Source of the DNA: Coniocarpon cinnabarinum
Lineage: Eukaryota
Assembly: GCA_051942205.1 (NCBI GenBank)
Contig: JAVECO010000154.1
Coordinates: 1 to 57,767 of the forward strand
Length of the DNA stretch: 57,767 nucleotides
Direction: 5' to 3'
Of the stretch, positions 25,168 to 37,929 are shown in pieces. The first letter of the stretch is position 1. Each line of letters begins with the position of its first letter. A model generated the notes under the pieces. The model was given only the letters and a program-made list of their open reading frames with translations. It searched no databases and was not told where the DNA came from. A program made the position numbers and the translations under genes.

Positions 25168-28026
25168 ATGTCGGCAAGACCAGAGCTTAAGGTCGGTTTC
25201 TACGATATGTAAAATCATTTACGCCTGTCTGTACTCACTGTGGCTTGTTAGGTCGAGGACGAGAATGGCTTCGTCAAGTTCTTCCGCAGCCTGCCAGACG
25301 ATCCGGACACCATCCGCATCTTCAATCGCAATGACTACTTCTCTGCCCACGGAGAGAGTGCAAACTTCATTGCACGGACAATCTACAGGACGACTTCCGT
25401 CGTTCGACCGATCGGACGTGACCTGCCTTCAGTCTCGATGACCTTCACCGTTTACAAAACCTTCTTGAGAGAGGCACTTTTCAAACTCGGCAAGCGTGTC
25501 GAGGTATGGGAAAGTGAGAAGCGCATGAACTGGAAGCCAATCAAGAAGGCTAGTCCTGGTAACCTGCAAGATGTGGAAGAGGACTTGGGAGGATACATCG
25601 AGACGGCTCCCATCATATTGGCTGTTAAGGTCATCGCCAAGGCGACCGAAGCGCGTACAGTTGGTGTCTGCTTTGCAGATGCAAGCGTTCGTGAGCTAGG
25701 GGTATCCGAGTTCATAGATAACGACACATATTCCAACTTCGAGTCGTTGGTCATTCAACTCGGTGTCAAAGAATGCCTTCTTATGACAGACTCGACAAAG
25801 AAAGATCCTGAACTTTCAAGGCTTCGTGCCGTCGCAGACAACTGCGGATGTGCCATTGCTGAGCGTGCAGCGGGTGACTTCCAAACCAAAGACATAGATC
25901 AGGACCTGACCAGACTGCTCAAAGATGAACGCTCGGCCAATCTGCTGCCACAGACGGACCTCAAGCTTGCCATGGGCTCCGCCGCGGCGCTCATCAAATA
26001 CATCGGCGCATTGACCGACGACTCTAATTTTGGACAATACAGCTTGTATCAGCACGACCTTTCACAATACATGAAGCTTGATGCCTCGGCACTAAAAGCC
26101 CTCAACTTGATGCCGGATGCTCGGACGAGTCAGAAAAGCATGTCTATGTACGGCTTGTTGAACCACTGCAAGACTCCCATCGGCTCACGGCTTCTTGCAC
26201 AGTGGTTGAAGCAGCCTCTCATGGATCTCAAGGAGATTGAAAAGCGACAGGATCTTGTCCAAGCGTTTGTGGCAGATACTGAACTCAGACAAACAATGCA
26301 GGAAGAGCATCTTCGATCAGTGCCGGACCTCTATCGAATGGCGAAGAAGTTCCAGCGCAAGAAAGCCAACCTCGAGGATGTGGTTCGCATGTATCAAGTT
26401 GCGATTAGACTACCAGCGCTGGTTACCACGCTCGAAAACGTGATGGATGAGAAGCAGAAAGATCCGCTGGACGCAGCATATACTCAAAAACTCAAAGAAT
26501 ACAACCTTTCATTCTCCAAACTTCTCGAAATGGTAGAGACAACTGTTGATCTACAGGCACTTGATAATCATGAATTTATCATTAAATCCGAATGGGACGA
26601 AACGCTCAAGATCGTACGCAAGAAGATCGAGAAGTTAAAGCGGGACATGACAGATGAACATCGTCGGGTTGCAGACGATCTCAACCAAGACTGGGAGAAG
26701 AAGCTGTTCCTCGAAAATCATCGCGTCCATGGCTGGTGCCTGAGGCTGACACGCACAGAAGCCGCTTGCATTCGTGGGAAAAAACATTACCCAGAGATTT
26801 CGACCCAAAAGAATGGTGTCTATTTCACAACCGGTGCACTGCAAGAGATGCGACGGAACTTCGACTCCCTCAGCGAAACATACAACCGCACGCAATCTGC
26901 GCTGGTTTCGGAAGTTTGCGCGGTGGCGGCATCTTATGTGCCCGTTGTTGAGAAATTGGCTGCTGTCCTTGCGCATCTAGATGTGGTTGTTTCAATGGCC
27001 CATGCCAGCGTTCACGCACCCACTCCTTACACTCGACCTCAGCTTTACCCTCGCGCATCAGAATGCGAAGGTCAATCTCTGAGTGATGCCTCGACACAAC
27101 TCAAAGAAGCCCGCCATCCCTGTCTGGAGATGCAAGACGGTGTGACGTTCATCACCAACGATGTATCGCTGGCTCCTGGTCCTGAAGGACCGTCTTTTCT
27201 CATCATCACAGGTCCGAACATGGGTGGCAAGTCTACCTACATTCGCATGATCGCTTGTATCGCCCTCATGGCACAAGTCGGTTGTTTCGTCCCATGCGCC
27301 GAAGGCTCTTCGATAACGCTCTTCGATTGCATACTGGCCCGTGTGGGTGCAAGCGACTCTCAGCTCAAAGGAGTGTCTACCTTCATGGCTGAGATGCTTG
27401 AGACGACGAACATTCTGAAATCCGCAACTCAGGACAGCTTGATCGTCATCGATGAACTTGGCCGGGGCACGAGCACCTACGATGGCTTTGGTTTGGCGTG
27501 GGCGATCGCGGAGTATATTGTGAAGCGTGTGCGAGCCTGTGCTGCTTTCGCTACGCACTTCCACGAGCTTACGCAGTTGGCGGACACCTGGCCTCAGGTA
27601 CGAAATTTGCACGTCGTTGCACACGTAGACGAGCGGAATGAGGCACAAGAAGTTTCCGGATCACAAAAGCGAAGAGAAGTCACCTTACTATACCGTGTCG
27701 AGCCGGGAGTTAGCGACCAAAGCTTCGGCATTCACGTCGCGGAGCTCGTGCGCTTCCCTGAGAAGGTCGTGCGCATGGCACGCCAGAAAGCAGCAGAGCT
27801 GGAGCCGACAGAAGCAGACGCGAAGGAGAGGCCACAGATCAGTGCCGAGGAGACGGCCGAAGGATCGCGGTTACTGAAAGAGGCACTGAAGGAGTGGAAG
27901 AAGCGCGTAGATGAGAAGGGACCGACGTGCGGTAAGGAGGAGAAGGTGAAACTGATGAGAGAGGTAGTTGGTGGACGCGAGGAACTGATTAAGAGCCCTT
28001 TCTGGGCGAGTGTGAAAGCGTTATGA
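25168..28026 (+). CDS. MSH2: DNA mismatch repair protein Msh2; exons 25168-25191, 25252-28026
   Basis: MSARPELK|VEDENGFVKFF start; ASPGNLQDVE; Walker A TGPNMGGKSTYIR; RVGASDSQLKGVSTFMAEMLET; IDELGRGTSTYDGFGLAWAI; ATHFHELT; SFGIHVAEL. Confidence 0.98.
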
Positions 28027-28920
28027 CAAGTAGGGGTATGGTGACAGAAAATCATAAGACTAGGTATCGATGAAAATTATCTGATGCTGCAAAGGTATCA
28101 ACCATGGGATTAGCAGCAAATTTTGTAACGCATCGTATGTGGAGATTGATACATCGCAAGTGTTTGTCTAGTTCGTCTTCCTATCTTCGCTTCAACGTGC
28201 TTCGCTCTCTGGGTGTGCTGATGGTATTTAGTCACGTGATTGGATTGTGCCAAGTAATTGCTGTTTAAGTCATATCTTCGCGTCGTTTCCTCAATTTCCT
28301 CTTCTCTACCGACTGCCAAATCAACCTTTCAATAATGTCCTTTGCGCTCGATGCGCCGCTCATAATTGCAATTCTGCCAAGAGCTAATCATCTGGACGGC
28401 TCTGTCTTTCGAATGACGTCGATCTAGGTTGTCACGCCGAGGTGCTCTCTTCGTGGGCAAGGTCGAGACGATCCTGCATGAGATGACGGTGTTTCACCAT
28501 GGGTCGAAACAGGAAGCTTGTTCATTCCCTTGTTCTTGTCTACGATCGATGCGCCGACTACCCTCATGATTCTGTGAAAGGGCTTTGCACATGCAGGTGT
28601 TAGCTTCCACTATTGTGACATGCTCCAAGGGTTCCCTATCCTCCTTATGGAACACGAGCCGTCACTCCTTGTTCGAATAGTGTCCATTCATGAATGACGC
28701 AATGTTTCTGTGCTGTAGCGGTTTCAGAATATCAAGAACATGGGTGTATCGATGAAAATTCTAGTTCATTTCCGCTGACAGCCTAGTTCCCGTAGCTTTT
28801 GATCTAGAACTGATTGTCCTCCATTCGAGCGCGGCGGTGTAGATTTACATGAGATCAAAGTCGCCTTGTCGTTGAGTTCACCGTGTGTTACCAGCAATCC
28901 CATTGAAGTGAGCTATTAGT

Positions 28921-29694
28921 ATGGCAACATCGACACAGATCTCCACAGTCGCCACCAGCACGACGACGGCAACAACACACCTGCCAGTGACGTCTATACC
29001 CCTTTTCCTGCCCAGTCAATTGCCAGTGGCAAGCGCATTCTTTACCTTGCCTAACGGTGTTGCCTTGGGAGGCATCAGCTCTGCCGACATCAATTTTCTT
29101 GGATCTGTAATTGGAGCTGACGCAACAGCGGCGACCTACGAGCTCGACTGTGCAACCGCTAGCAAATTTGCGCCTTTCAGACCTCCTACAACATTCTCGT
29201 GTCCATATAGCGGCGCGACTGTAACCAGCGGTCCTTCGATATTTGTAAGTGGAAAGCTACTGACACCAAGGCAAACACGCTGATGATTGCATAACAAAAA
29301 GGCTCTCCAAAACTCCAATCCGGATTTCGCTGTGGCTTGCTCGTCCGTCTCAGCAGCAACACCGACCAGCTGCTCGTCCACTGGGCTGGACTTTGTGAGC
29401 GCGAGCTCACTAGCTGGGAGTGCATTTAGTCAAGTGCCCCTGACCATCACCGCGGGAGCTGAGAAACTATCAGCGGCCAGCTCATCAACGTCAAATGTGA
29501 ACTCTGATGCAATGACCACCACCTCGTCAAGTAGCAGAGCTTCTCAATCAACACGAGCAAGTCATTCAACGGCTACAAGCACTGCGAGCTCAGCCATGGG
29601 GTCGAACAGAGCGTCGAACCGATATTCTGCGCCAAGGCAATTAATAACGACGTGGTCATTTTTGATGGCGGCTGGGCTGGGCTCCATGATGTGA
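28921..29694 (+). CDS. Ser/Thr-rich putative GPI/cell-wall protein, paralogue A; exons 28921-29244, 29302-29694
   Basis: GSVIGADATAATYELDC..CPYSGATVTSGP, LTITAGAEKL, Ser/Thr tail, moderately hydrophobic C-terminus; phase-0 intron GTAAGT..CTGAT..AAG. Confidence 0.7.
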
Positions 29695-29993
29695 CAGGCC
29701 ATGGCAGTCTGACACTGCTTGCATGCAGAGGAAGCACAGTCTTTGCAATTCGCGACGTGTTGCTTGCCAGCACCGTTTACCAAATCTTGTAGGTGCAATG
29801 GGGCCGCGCCGTGGCAGCCAATTCAGTCGGCCGGACCGTTCACGCTCAGCCCCAGATCGAGGCTATGACTCTATCTTTAGAGCATCGTTGACGAACAAGG
29901 AAGTGTGATAAATACACTGGGCTCTCCTTGCAGAAGCGTGCTTCCATACTTCCCAGAGTGCCAAGCAATTCATTTCTGTGCATAACAGTCATC

Positions 29994-30696
29994 ATGGTCG
30001 CCACATCATCAGTATTCCCAGCGCCTTTCCCTTTTCCCTCTCAACTCTCTACTACCAGCTCACTTTCCACCACAACCTTATCCGATGGGAACGTCGTCAC
30101 AGCTAGCATGGGCGAGGCGGCGGAGATTCATATCTATGGCTCCGTCATCAGCGCCGGTGCCGATGGTACAAAGTACGAACTCGACTGCTCTCCAGGCAGC
30201 ACTATCGCATCCTCGACCTGGAACTGCCCTATTAGCGGCGCGTCTCTTTCGTCGAACTTATCCTCATACGTGAGTGTCCTCGGTCGTCTACTTTAGCACC
30301 CAACGACTCACAAACCTCCACGCACAGCTCTTCACATTGTCAAACCCGGCTGTTACTGACTCTTCCAATATTCCCATTATCACTGGCGCGTTTTGTGGAG
30401 TGGACGATTCGCATACACCGGGTGGTCGCGCCCTCGAAACGGCACCGGCAATGAGCACTCTCCCGTCCCCTTTGTTCACCTTTGCCAATCTGACGGTCAC
30501 TGCTGGGCTTGAAAAGTTGGCCCCGTCTACGCCGGCGCCGCAGGCAACTGCTACATCTTCTGCGATGAGTACAAGTACTGGACTGGCTCATAGCGGCGCA
30601 GTGCCTGCAAAGCCTCGCACGATGACGCCAATGGGGATAGAGATCATCTTGCCAGCTGTTGCGACCGTATTTGCAGTAGCGGCGCTTTTTCTGTGA
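29994..30696 (+). CDS. Ser/Thr-rich putative GPI/cell-wall protein, paralogue B; exons 29994-30269, 30328-30696
   Basis: GSVISAGADGTKYELDC..CPISGASL, LTVTAGLEKL, C-terminal hydrophobic IILPAVATVFAVAALFL; phase-0 intron GTGAGT..CAG at the equivalent position. Confidence 0.72.
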
Positions 30697-31020
30697 TGCA
30701 AATGACTATACTTGTGACTATTGGCCCCAATCTACCTCATTCCATCACTGCTTGCGCTTGTGCCTCCTTGACTTGTGAGACTGGAGACATACAAATCCGG
30801 CAACAGTCTGTGTCAACGACCCTTGTGATTCAGCCCTTCGGCGCGTGCTTGACCCCTGTCGATGGCTTCTTGGTACTGAACGAGGATGGTCCTACCTTGG
30901 CGCGATATCGACAATCCTTCAGGATGAAACAGCAACGTCTCCTCAATCATGTTACTGAAACTACGCTCTGGCGCAAGGTGATCCCTTGCCCCTTGGCCAC
31001 CTCATCTCCTTTGCGGTTGA

Positions 31021-32092
31021 GTGTGCCGTTGTCCTCGGCGTGGAAAGAACGACTCCACTGGAGCAAAGTCAACCTGTTCCATTATGCTTGGTATTTGTAC
31101 TGTCCTCGGAAGTCACGAGCACTGGCGCACAGAAACCAAGATGTGTTTAACCTCGGCAGGAGGCTCGAAATCCATCACATTGCGACTCAAAGCCTTGCGC
31201 CACCCAAACGTCAGCGAGCCACGTGCGCTTTTCAACGGCCCCTTGCGAGGGACGCATACAAGCTACGGAAGGATCGATCCTTCATGACGTCGGGCCACGT
31301 ATATACTTGCAGTCACGAAAAGCTTCCTCAAAGCGCGCTTCACCCCGAGTGGACGCAACAGACTCCCTCACGCATCCATGATGAGCCCCTCCTTTTTCTC
31401 TGAGCGCACTGACTTACTCGAGTTCAAGATCCGCTATGAGCGTGTGTACAAGTCAAAGGGTGACACCGAAGCGGATGTGTATGCTGCGAGGAGTATTGGT
31501 CGTGCTCAGAGAGCCACGCTTTGTAAACGTGGCGTCGCGTTGGAACAACGCTTACAGGAGGAATTGCGCACCATGCTATCTTTATCCGTGTCACGTGGCA
31601 CGTTGAAGCGTTTCGAGGTCGATACGCCGTATATTCAGTATGTCACCGCCCCCAGTCCCTCCGAGGTCTGTTCAGCATGACGCGACGTACCGCCATTCCC
31701 ACCGACGCACTTTTCCAGGCAACGTATCAGACTCGACGGAGCCATTCCAAGCCGACCTCGTGAAGATGCTGACATCATCCAGTAACGTCGAAGAATTCGA
31801 CATCACGCTCAACGGTCAGACCTCGAAGCAAGAGTGCCTCTTTGTCAAATGGGGCGTCTTTCATCATCGAGCATCTGAGGGCCCGCGAATCGAAGCGTAC
31901 GTGGCGTGGGATGCGAGCATGCAAAAGGCGGTCAATGGTCAAGTCAACAGTGACAAGGACTACCCAAGTACCATAAGCTGTTCCCCGAGACATGAGAGCT
32001 TGCGCGAATATTTGGCACTGTTTACGAATGGATACTCAACTGCGTTGTTCAAGTTTTGTTTCTCTAGGCACCAAGGACGTCATAGGGCCTAA
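31021..32092 (+). pseudogene. Possible fragmented gene of unknown family
   Basis: ORFs 31021-31287 and 31378-31680 share a frame and are separated only by one TGA (31285-31287); an overlapping ORF 31640-32092 continues in another frame. Confidence 0.25.
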
Positions 32093-32897
32093 ACACTCCG
32101 ACGCTGGTGATGGCACCACTGTCAAGCTGACCATTGTTCATCTCTTATGCTGTGCTAGATTCATGGACTCAACCTCGCTGCTCAAGAAACGATTCCTTAA
32201 TCCCACGGGACATCGAAGTAAAAGGTCTACCAGGCGGACAACGCCAAAGCTGAAAGCCAGCTACTCACGTCGTGTAACTTCCTGATCTCCTGAAAGTGAA
32301 AAATTCACGCCGATATAACTGTGCTGCGCTTACGATCTGGAACAATCACGCCGTTGACGTCCGATTTGCAGATACTGCAAATTCGGTCGCCAGAGCAAGG
32401 GGCGATTGATAAGGCGACATTACGAAATGTTACGGAACCCCTAGTATGAACTGAGGTTATTCCGTCCTGTTGTCTATTTAAGTTTCAGGATGAATTCATG
32501 CACTCCTTGATGTAGGATTTGCTGTACTTTTGTGGTATGCATTTTTCGAAACGTGATACGGTCCCTTTTCTGTCCGGCACGTATTCAAGACTCAACGCCG
32601 ACTTCTTACTGAGATGGTCCGGAGCCATGGTCCATCCCACGTGTCTAGGTTGCTAGATAAGCTTTGTGTACTCACGTGGATTTCAAGGCGTCTTCTTTCA
32701 TGGAATCGTCTTTTTATCGAATTCCTGGCACCTTTTTTCTCTCATCCATCCCGTCTTGTCGATCATTCCTGTCATCTTCTCACAATGACGTGTGCGTTTT
32801 TTTTTTTTGATTGTTAAGGCTCTTCTACACGTCTCACTGCAAAGTTCAACTTCTTCATCCAATAAAACAAGTGCACCCTACTGTATTTCAACTACCA

Positions 32898-33510
32898 TGA
32901 GTGCGTCATATCCTCGGGATCCTCGAGCGCCTCGAAATTCTCAGAGTTCTCAAGGTGCCCGAGATGCTTTCGCGGCTCTCAAGACTCTCAAGACTCTAAA
33001 GATGTTCGAGACCTCTAAAATTCTTAGGATCATGAACCCGAGGGTCCGCCTACTTAGATAGCTCAATAGCGCCGAGCTTCTGTGTACCACCACATCCACG
33101 TACTCCACGCACTGCTCTATTCAAAGTCACGGCCAGTGCTTTTATCGGAGCGGTATGTAACAGCCAACACAATTAACCAACCGCTTTAAGCGGTTATAGC
33201 AAATCCTCCAGCGTAAGAGTTTGTGCCCGTAAAAGCGCCCTTGGTAGTTGTAGTTGTGGTTAATACTGTCTACTGAATAAAGTGGCGAAGAGGCGGAGAT
33301 GAGTCGGAAAGGAGGCTAAAATACGTCAGATTAAGGCTGGTCGCTTGTAGATGCGGAGTGTAGCGAGCAATATTGCTGTATAAGCTACCGGCGTTGTCAC
33401 TGTATTCGTTATCTTTATCGCCGATCATGTTCGTAGTAGCAGCGATGTTTATAGTAATATTGTATTAGACTATACGCTATATCATCATTAATAACCATTA
33501 GTAACCGGTA
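32898..33510 (+). pseudogene. RIP-like degraded gene with tripeptide repeats
   Basis: ATG 32898, then repeats DPR/APR/NSQ/SSQ and, after a frameshift, GSQ/DSQ/DSK/DVR. In-frame TAA/TAG codons revert to Gln by one T->C change. GTATGT donor near 33153; TpA-rich downstream. Confidence 0.35.
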
Positions 33511-34249
33511 AGCGCTTTCTGTAGTGGTTGGGGTTCCGTGACCTGTCATACACTTAGGGCATCGTGGTTGTGGCATTGGTAAGGAAATAAGTGCTGCACT
33601 AAGAATACTGCCCCCCGCTGACGAGGCTACTGATATGAGATGAGATGGGTTCTGACTTGTATCCGTGAAGAGTCTGCCATGGCGACATATGTCACGACTG
33701 TTCCCACTGTCAATCCTCAACTTTGGATACAAAATATCGAGACGAGACGGGTCTTCACAAGCACTTCTCTCGCTGTGAGTAAAAGATTTTGCAGGTATCG
33801 AATGTTTATGCTTCTTTCGTTTAGTGGAACAGTGGCTGCATTAGCGTCCTGCAGTAGGTTAGGCGGGAAGAAAGCCAGATGGAGTTATTGAGGAGGAGGA
33901 GTCGCCACTTCTTCCAGAAGATTGTGGGAAAGTTCGCAAGCACCGTTCAAACTGCTCGGCGAGGCCTTTCCGCCGCCATCATGGCTGCCATCGCTCACAG
34001 ACGGCCGCCTGTCAAATCGCCACTCTGCAAACGCCCAGCTTCCATCTCACGAGAGAACGCGACTGGCGATCTACAACCACCGACAACAAAACCGTGGGTA
34101 CCTACCATCACCGCTTTTCCAACCGAAGCCAATATCGATCTACGTACCGTGCCTACTCTCGTCGCAGATGCCATTGAAACTAACTTGTCTGAAATACTAC
34201 AAGGGTCAAACAAAACAGTTCATGATCCAATAGTAGAATGAATAGCCGT

Positions 34250-35065
34250 AGAAGAAAATGCGGTGAAGTGGAGGAAACTTGCTTTGTCTGGTATAGCTTT
34301 GAAGAGCTATGATCCTTATCTGGATTGCCTGGGGTAGGCAACGATGGAGAGTGATTTTTAGGACTATGCATAAGGCAGAAAAAAAATAGTGTAGTTAATA
34401 GTTCTGTTATAATTAACTATTAGGATATTGGTTTAGTTCTTACTGTTATTAGTTTAGTTATAGCGCTACTAAACTAAAACTAAACTATAACTTAACTATT
34501 AACTACTCTATAGAGCGGTTAATAGTCTAGTTATTAGTAGTTTAATTATAGTTAACTATTAGAATATTAGTTTAGTTATTGCTCTTCATTGGTCTGACCA
34601 TAGCGCTACTAAACTGAAACCGAACTATAAGCTAACTATTGACCACACTGGGAAAAACGATGAATAGCCTTCTTGGACTTTCTAGACTGAAAATGAGTAG
34701 CTGCTCTAAGGGTATCTGTGAGAGCTGTATTTGAGTAGCGAGATGGGCGGCGCTTGGACGCGGAGGGTAGCAACTTCAATCAGTGTTCTAATGAGGCAGT
34801 AGCTGTGGGCTAGTTGTAGATATGCATTACTAATAGCCATATAGTAAAGCACTCTCTGGAAATGAAATGATATCAAATGGCCTTGTTACTTTAGTATAAT
34901 GATGGCTATTACCGTCTCCTTGGATTAGTGGCTATGGTATAGAAGATAGTCAGACTCAGTTGGAGATAAGTCGAGATTATGGCGCGTCTTTAGTGGCACT
35001 GTTGCTACCGTCGCTGTCAACAGCAGCGCCAGTGGTAGCAGCAAGTAAGTTGCAATTAGGCTAGT
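34250..35065 (-). pseudogene. RIP-like degraded secreted-protein gene
   Basis: Signal/pro-peptide-like IATYLLLPLALLLTATVATVPLKTR near 35060-34985, many stops downstream, extreme TpA enrichment 34380-34640. Confidence 0.4.
34405..34650. repeat. Degenerate ~140-bp tandem duplication
   Basis: ATAGCGCTACTAAACT at 34460 and 34600; TTAACTATTAG.ATATT.GTTTAGTT at 34413 and 34552. Differences are mostly G/A and C/T transitions. Confidence 0.85.
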
Positions 35066-35544
35066 TGTTTTTACAAGAGCGCTGCTATACTGTACGCCAA
35101 GTTTACAACCTAAATAACTAGTAATTTGGAAGCACTTTTCTTTAGTAAGTATGAGGCTTTCCCCCTTTGAGTATGTTATAAGGGATATGGTGGTATTGGT
35201 GAGTAATATTTGCTTTACTAATGACACTTTGAGACTTGATTTAGGAAGATATTCAACGACCTGTACAACTGATGTCCTGGAGCGACTCTGTCTCTGCCCG
35301 GCTGTATATAACAAAGAAGAGCCATGCGCCCGGAATATCTCGGACCGCGTTCGACGTTCGCAGTAATCTACTCGTCTAGGTAAGCGCAAATAGCAAGCAC
35401 AAATTCGCAACGCTACTAAAATCACAACAACGCCGAATACGCCATTGTCTTGCAAACCGTCACGTCAACACCACTGAGACACAAGCTCCGCAACCCACCG
35501 CAACAACCCTTATCCCACCTCACGCCGACGTCCTGATCATCTCC

Positions 35545-35907
35545 TCAAGGGTCCTGCGTCTGAGCGTGTTTCCACTTGTCCAAATCCCCACTCCGCGCCT
35601 CCTCCATCAACAGCGCCAACCGCTCCGCCTCCTCAGAATGTCCCTTCTTCTGGCAAGACGCCGCCATCCTCTTCACACCAGCGGAATGCTTCTCGGCGAC
35701 CTGGAGCGCCTCCTTGCGCTCGCCGTCGCTGGCGGCGCGGTTCCGAACAAAGCGCCGGATGTGGAAGAAATGGATGCCCAGCGTTAGGAGTGCGGCGCAG
35801 CTGCCGAGGATCCCCATCATGGCTTCGGTGTGCACGGTGTGCTTCCAGGGGGCGGCATCGCATGGGCGGATGGGAGGGTCTCGGGGTTGGAACTTGTCGT
35901 TTACCAT
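35545..35907 (-). CDS. Small single-TM hypothetical protein (120 aa)
   Basis: Strong context GCCACCATGG, GC-rich codons, hydrophobic segment MMGILGSCAALLTLGIHFFHI followed by RRFVR. Confidence 0.55.
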   Translation of the reverse strand: MVNDKFQPRDPPIRPCDAAPWKHTVHTEAMMGILGSCAALLTLGIHFFHIRRFVRNRAASDGERKEALQVAEKHSAGVKRMAASCQKKGHSEEAERLALLMEEARSGDLDKWKHAQTQDP

Positions 35908-37929
35908 GGTGGCTTCTTGAGTTTGAGTGAGGGAGTGCGGCGTTAGAGTGTTAGGTATACGAGGGAGCTATTCTGAATAATGAGATGGTTTTTCGGGAAC
36001 AAGGCAAAGGAACTATCGATGAACCGGCTTGACAGATTTTTGAATGTTAGTACTGCCTACTGGACAGCTATACGTTGTCCCAACTGGGTACATATGTAAG
36101 TTGACGACATGACAAAACGCGAGACATGGCGTCTTTGAGTATCGCAAGTTTAACTACCAGAATAGCACTACATTGGAATACTTGACCAAATGCTGGCTTT
36201 GGAACTGGTGTTGCGTATCCAGTAAAAGCTGATAGCGAAAAAGGGGCCCACAGCTTACCCTGGACAGCCACGCGGCGCCATATTACTGTCCAGACTGACC
36301 AAGAGCAGCCCCTTACGCAACAGATAGCTGGTAAAACACGGTGATTACTGAAGAGCGCCTTGCAGGCTAGGCCTTATTGACAAAATTTTCTGTGGCTGGT
36401 CAGGCGCGTCCTTTCGACTCGGCTGTAGGAACAGTCGGACAGGAAAACGAAAGCGTGTCCAGTATTCATGAGCGCTGTTGGCTTCCGCGACACGTTGGAG
36501 CATGGATTAAGACTTCCCAACTTGACTGTTGGGAGAGGGTGTTGATCTACTTGTGGACGGGCTGCATTGTAGCTGAGCAGGGCGACAGCAGCATTGAACC
36601 CTCTCACCTGGTGTGCTGGTGTGCGAATTGGTGAGTCGATGCAAGATGTTGTCAGAAGATGCAGCATGTCAAGACGTGTGAGTTGCTGCGCAGACGAGCC
36701 TCAGCTGCTGCTTCACACTTGGAGCACGAACATTACGTAAGAGACGTGAGGGAGAATCTCCGAAGATCGGCGTCTTCCGGCGCCAAATGAGGAAATCCAG
36801 CATAGCACACGATGTGAAACAGACGCCGGTATGTGCTGCAACAGCTGGCAACGGGTGCATGATTACATCTGCCGTCTGCTGGAACGCATGCATGCTTTGA
36901 GCGATGTTGATTGCGGGGTCATAGGATGATAAGGAACGCGAAGGACGGGGAAGAGATATTTTGGGGGCGTTGTCGGCCGCGCTGAAATGCAGGCGCGAGG
37001 GACACCCGCGGGGTGGAGGAAGCGGAAGGGCGGGATGTGACGGGAGAAGGAGAGATATGACGGCAGGGGCCACGAGAGATAGCGGTGATTAGGTTGTTGA
37101 GCTGCTTATCTGCAGAATGGAAATGGGGAGAAGCGGTGAGCAGAGTAGATTTGTCGGTGTCGCTGTGGCTAGACCAAGGCACTGCTGAGGAGCCGGGTGC
37201 CTGTGGACATGGTTCAGTGCAGACAGGAGTAGGCAGATCTTGATCGGGAGGGAGGGAGATGCGTGCACCTCAGGATTGTCAGGAGGAAGAGGAGCAGGGC
37301 AGCAGAAGAGGAGCTGAGGCGATCAGGCGGAAGTTGCAGGAAGAGAGCATCGTAGGCATGACACGGGCGTGTGATGTTGTGCCGCCTCTTCCCAGCATTT
37401 TTGGTGCCTGAAAGCAACGCCCGTGCAGTGCGCTACCTACGCTACGCTACGAGATCTTGCGTCGGCAGCCTCCCGCCCTGACGCGCCCTGCAGGATGAGT
37501 GATGGATGATGAGCGCAGCAAATGAGTAATGAAGCACGCCTTGCGCACCCTTCTCATCCCCGATAAGCAATCCACCCACCCTACACCACCTCTCCTGCCT
37601 CATCTCCCCTTTGTGCAATCCCCTCGACCTTCTTGTTCGCTGCTGTTGGACTGTGAATCTGTCTGACGCACGACCGCCGCCCAAATCACCATCGCAGCTG
37701 TGCACCAGGAATGGGGCTAAAGCTCGATCCAAAGTAGACGGCGTCACTCCAACCAACAATCTTTCCCCAGATCCGCTTCCCCGTCACCGCTGCTTCACCT
37801 AGCCATCACCTGACACTGCTTGCTCTTCTGCTCTTCTTCTTTCCCTCCTCCTACTACATACGCTGGACCGCAGGCTCCGAATGCGAGCAAGGCTCCCGTC
37901 TTTGAGGCTCCCAGCATTCACCGCCGGCC

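Noticed and set aside
36919..37211. Possible minus-strand spliced ORF starting MSTDK (like NMT1/THI5) and a TPP riboswitch
   Set aside because: Requires a poor GC donor, downstream sequence is unlike NMT1, and the riboswitch core motifs are absent.
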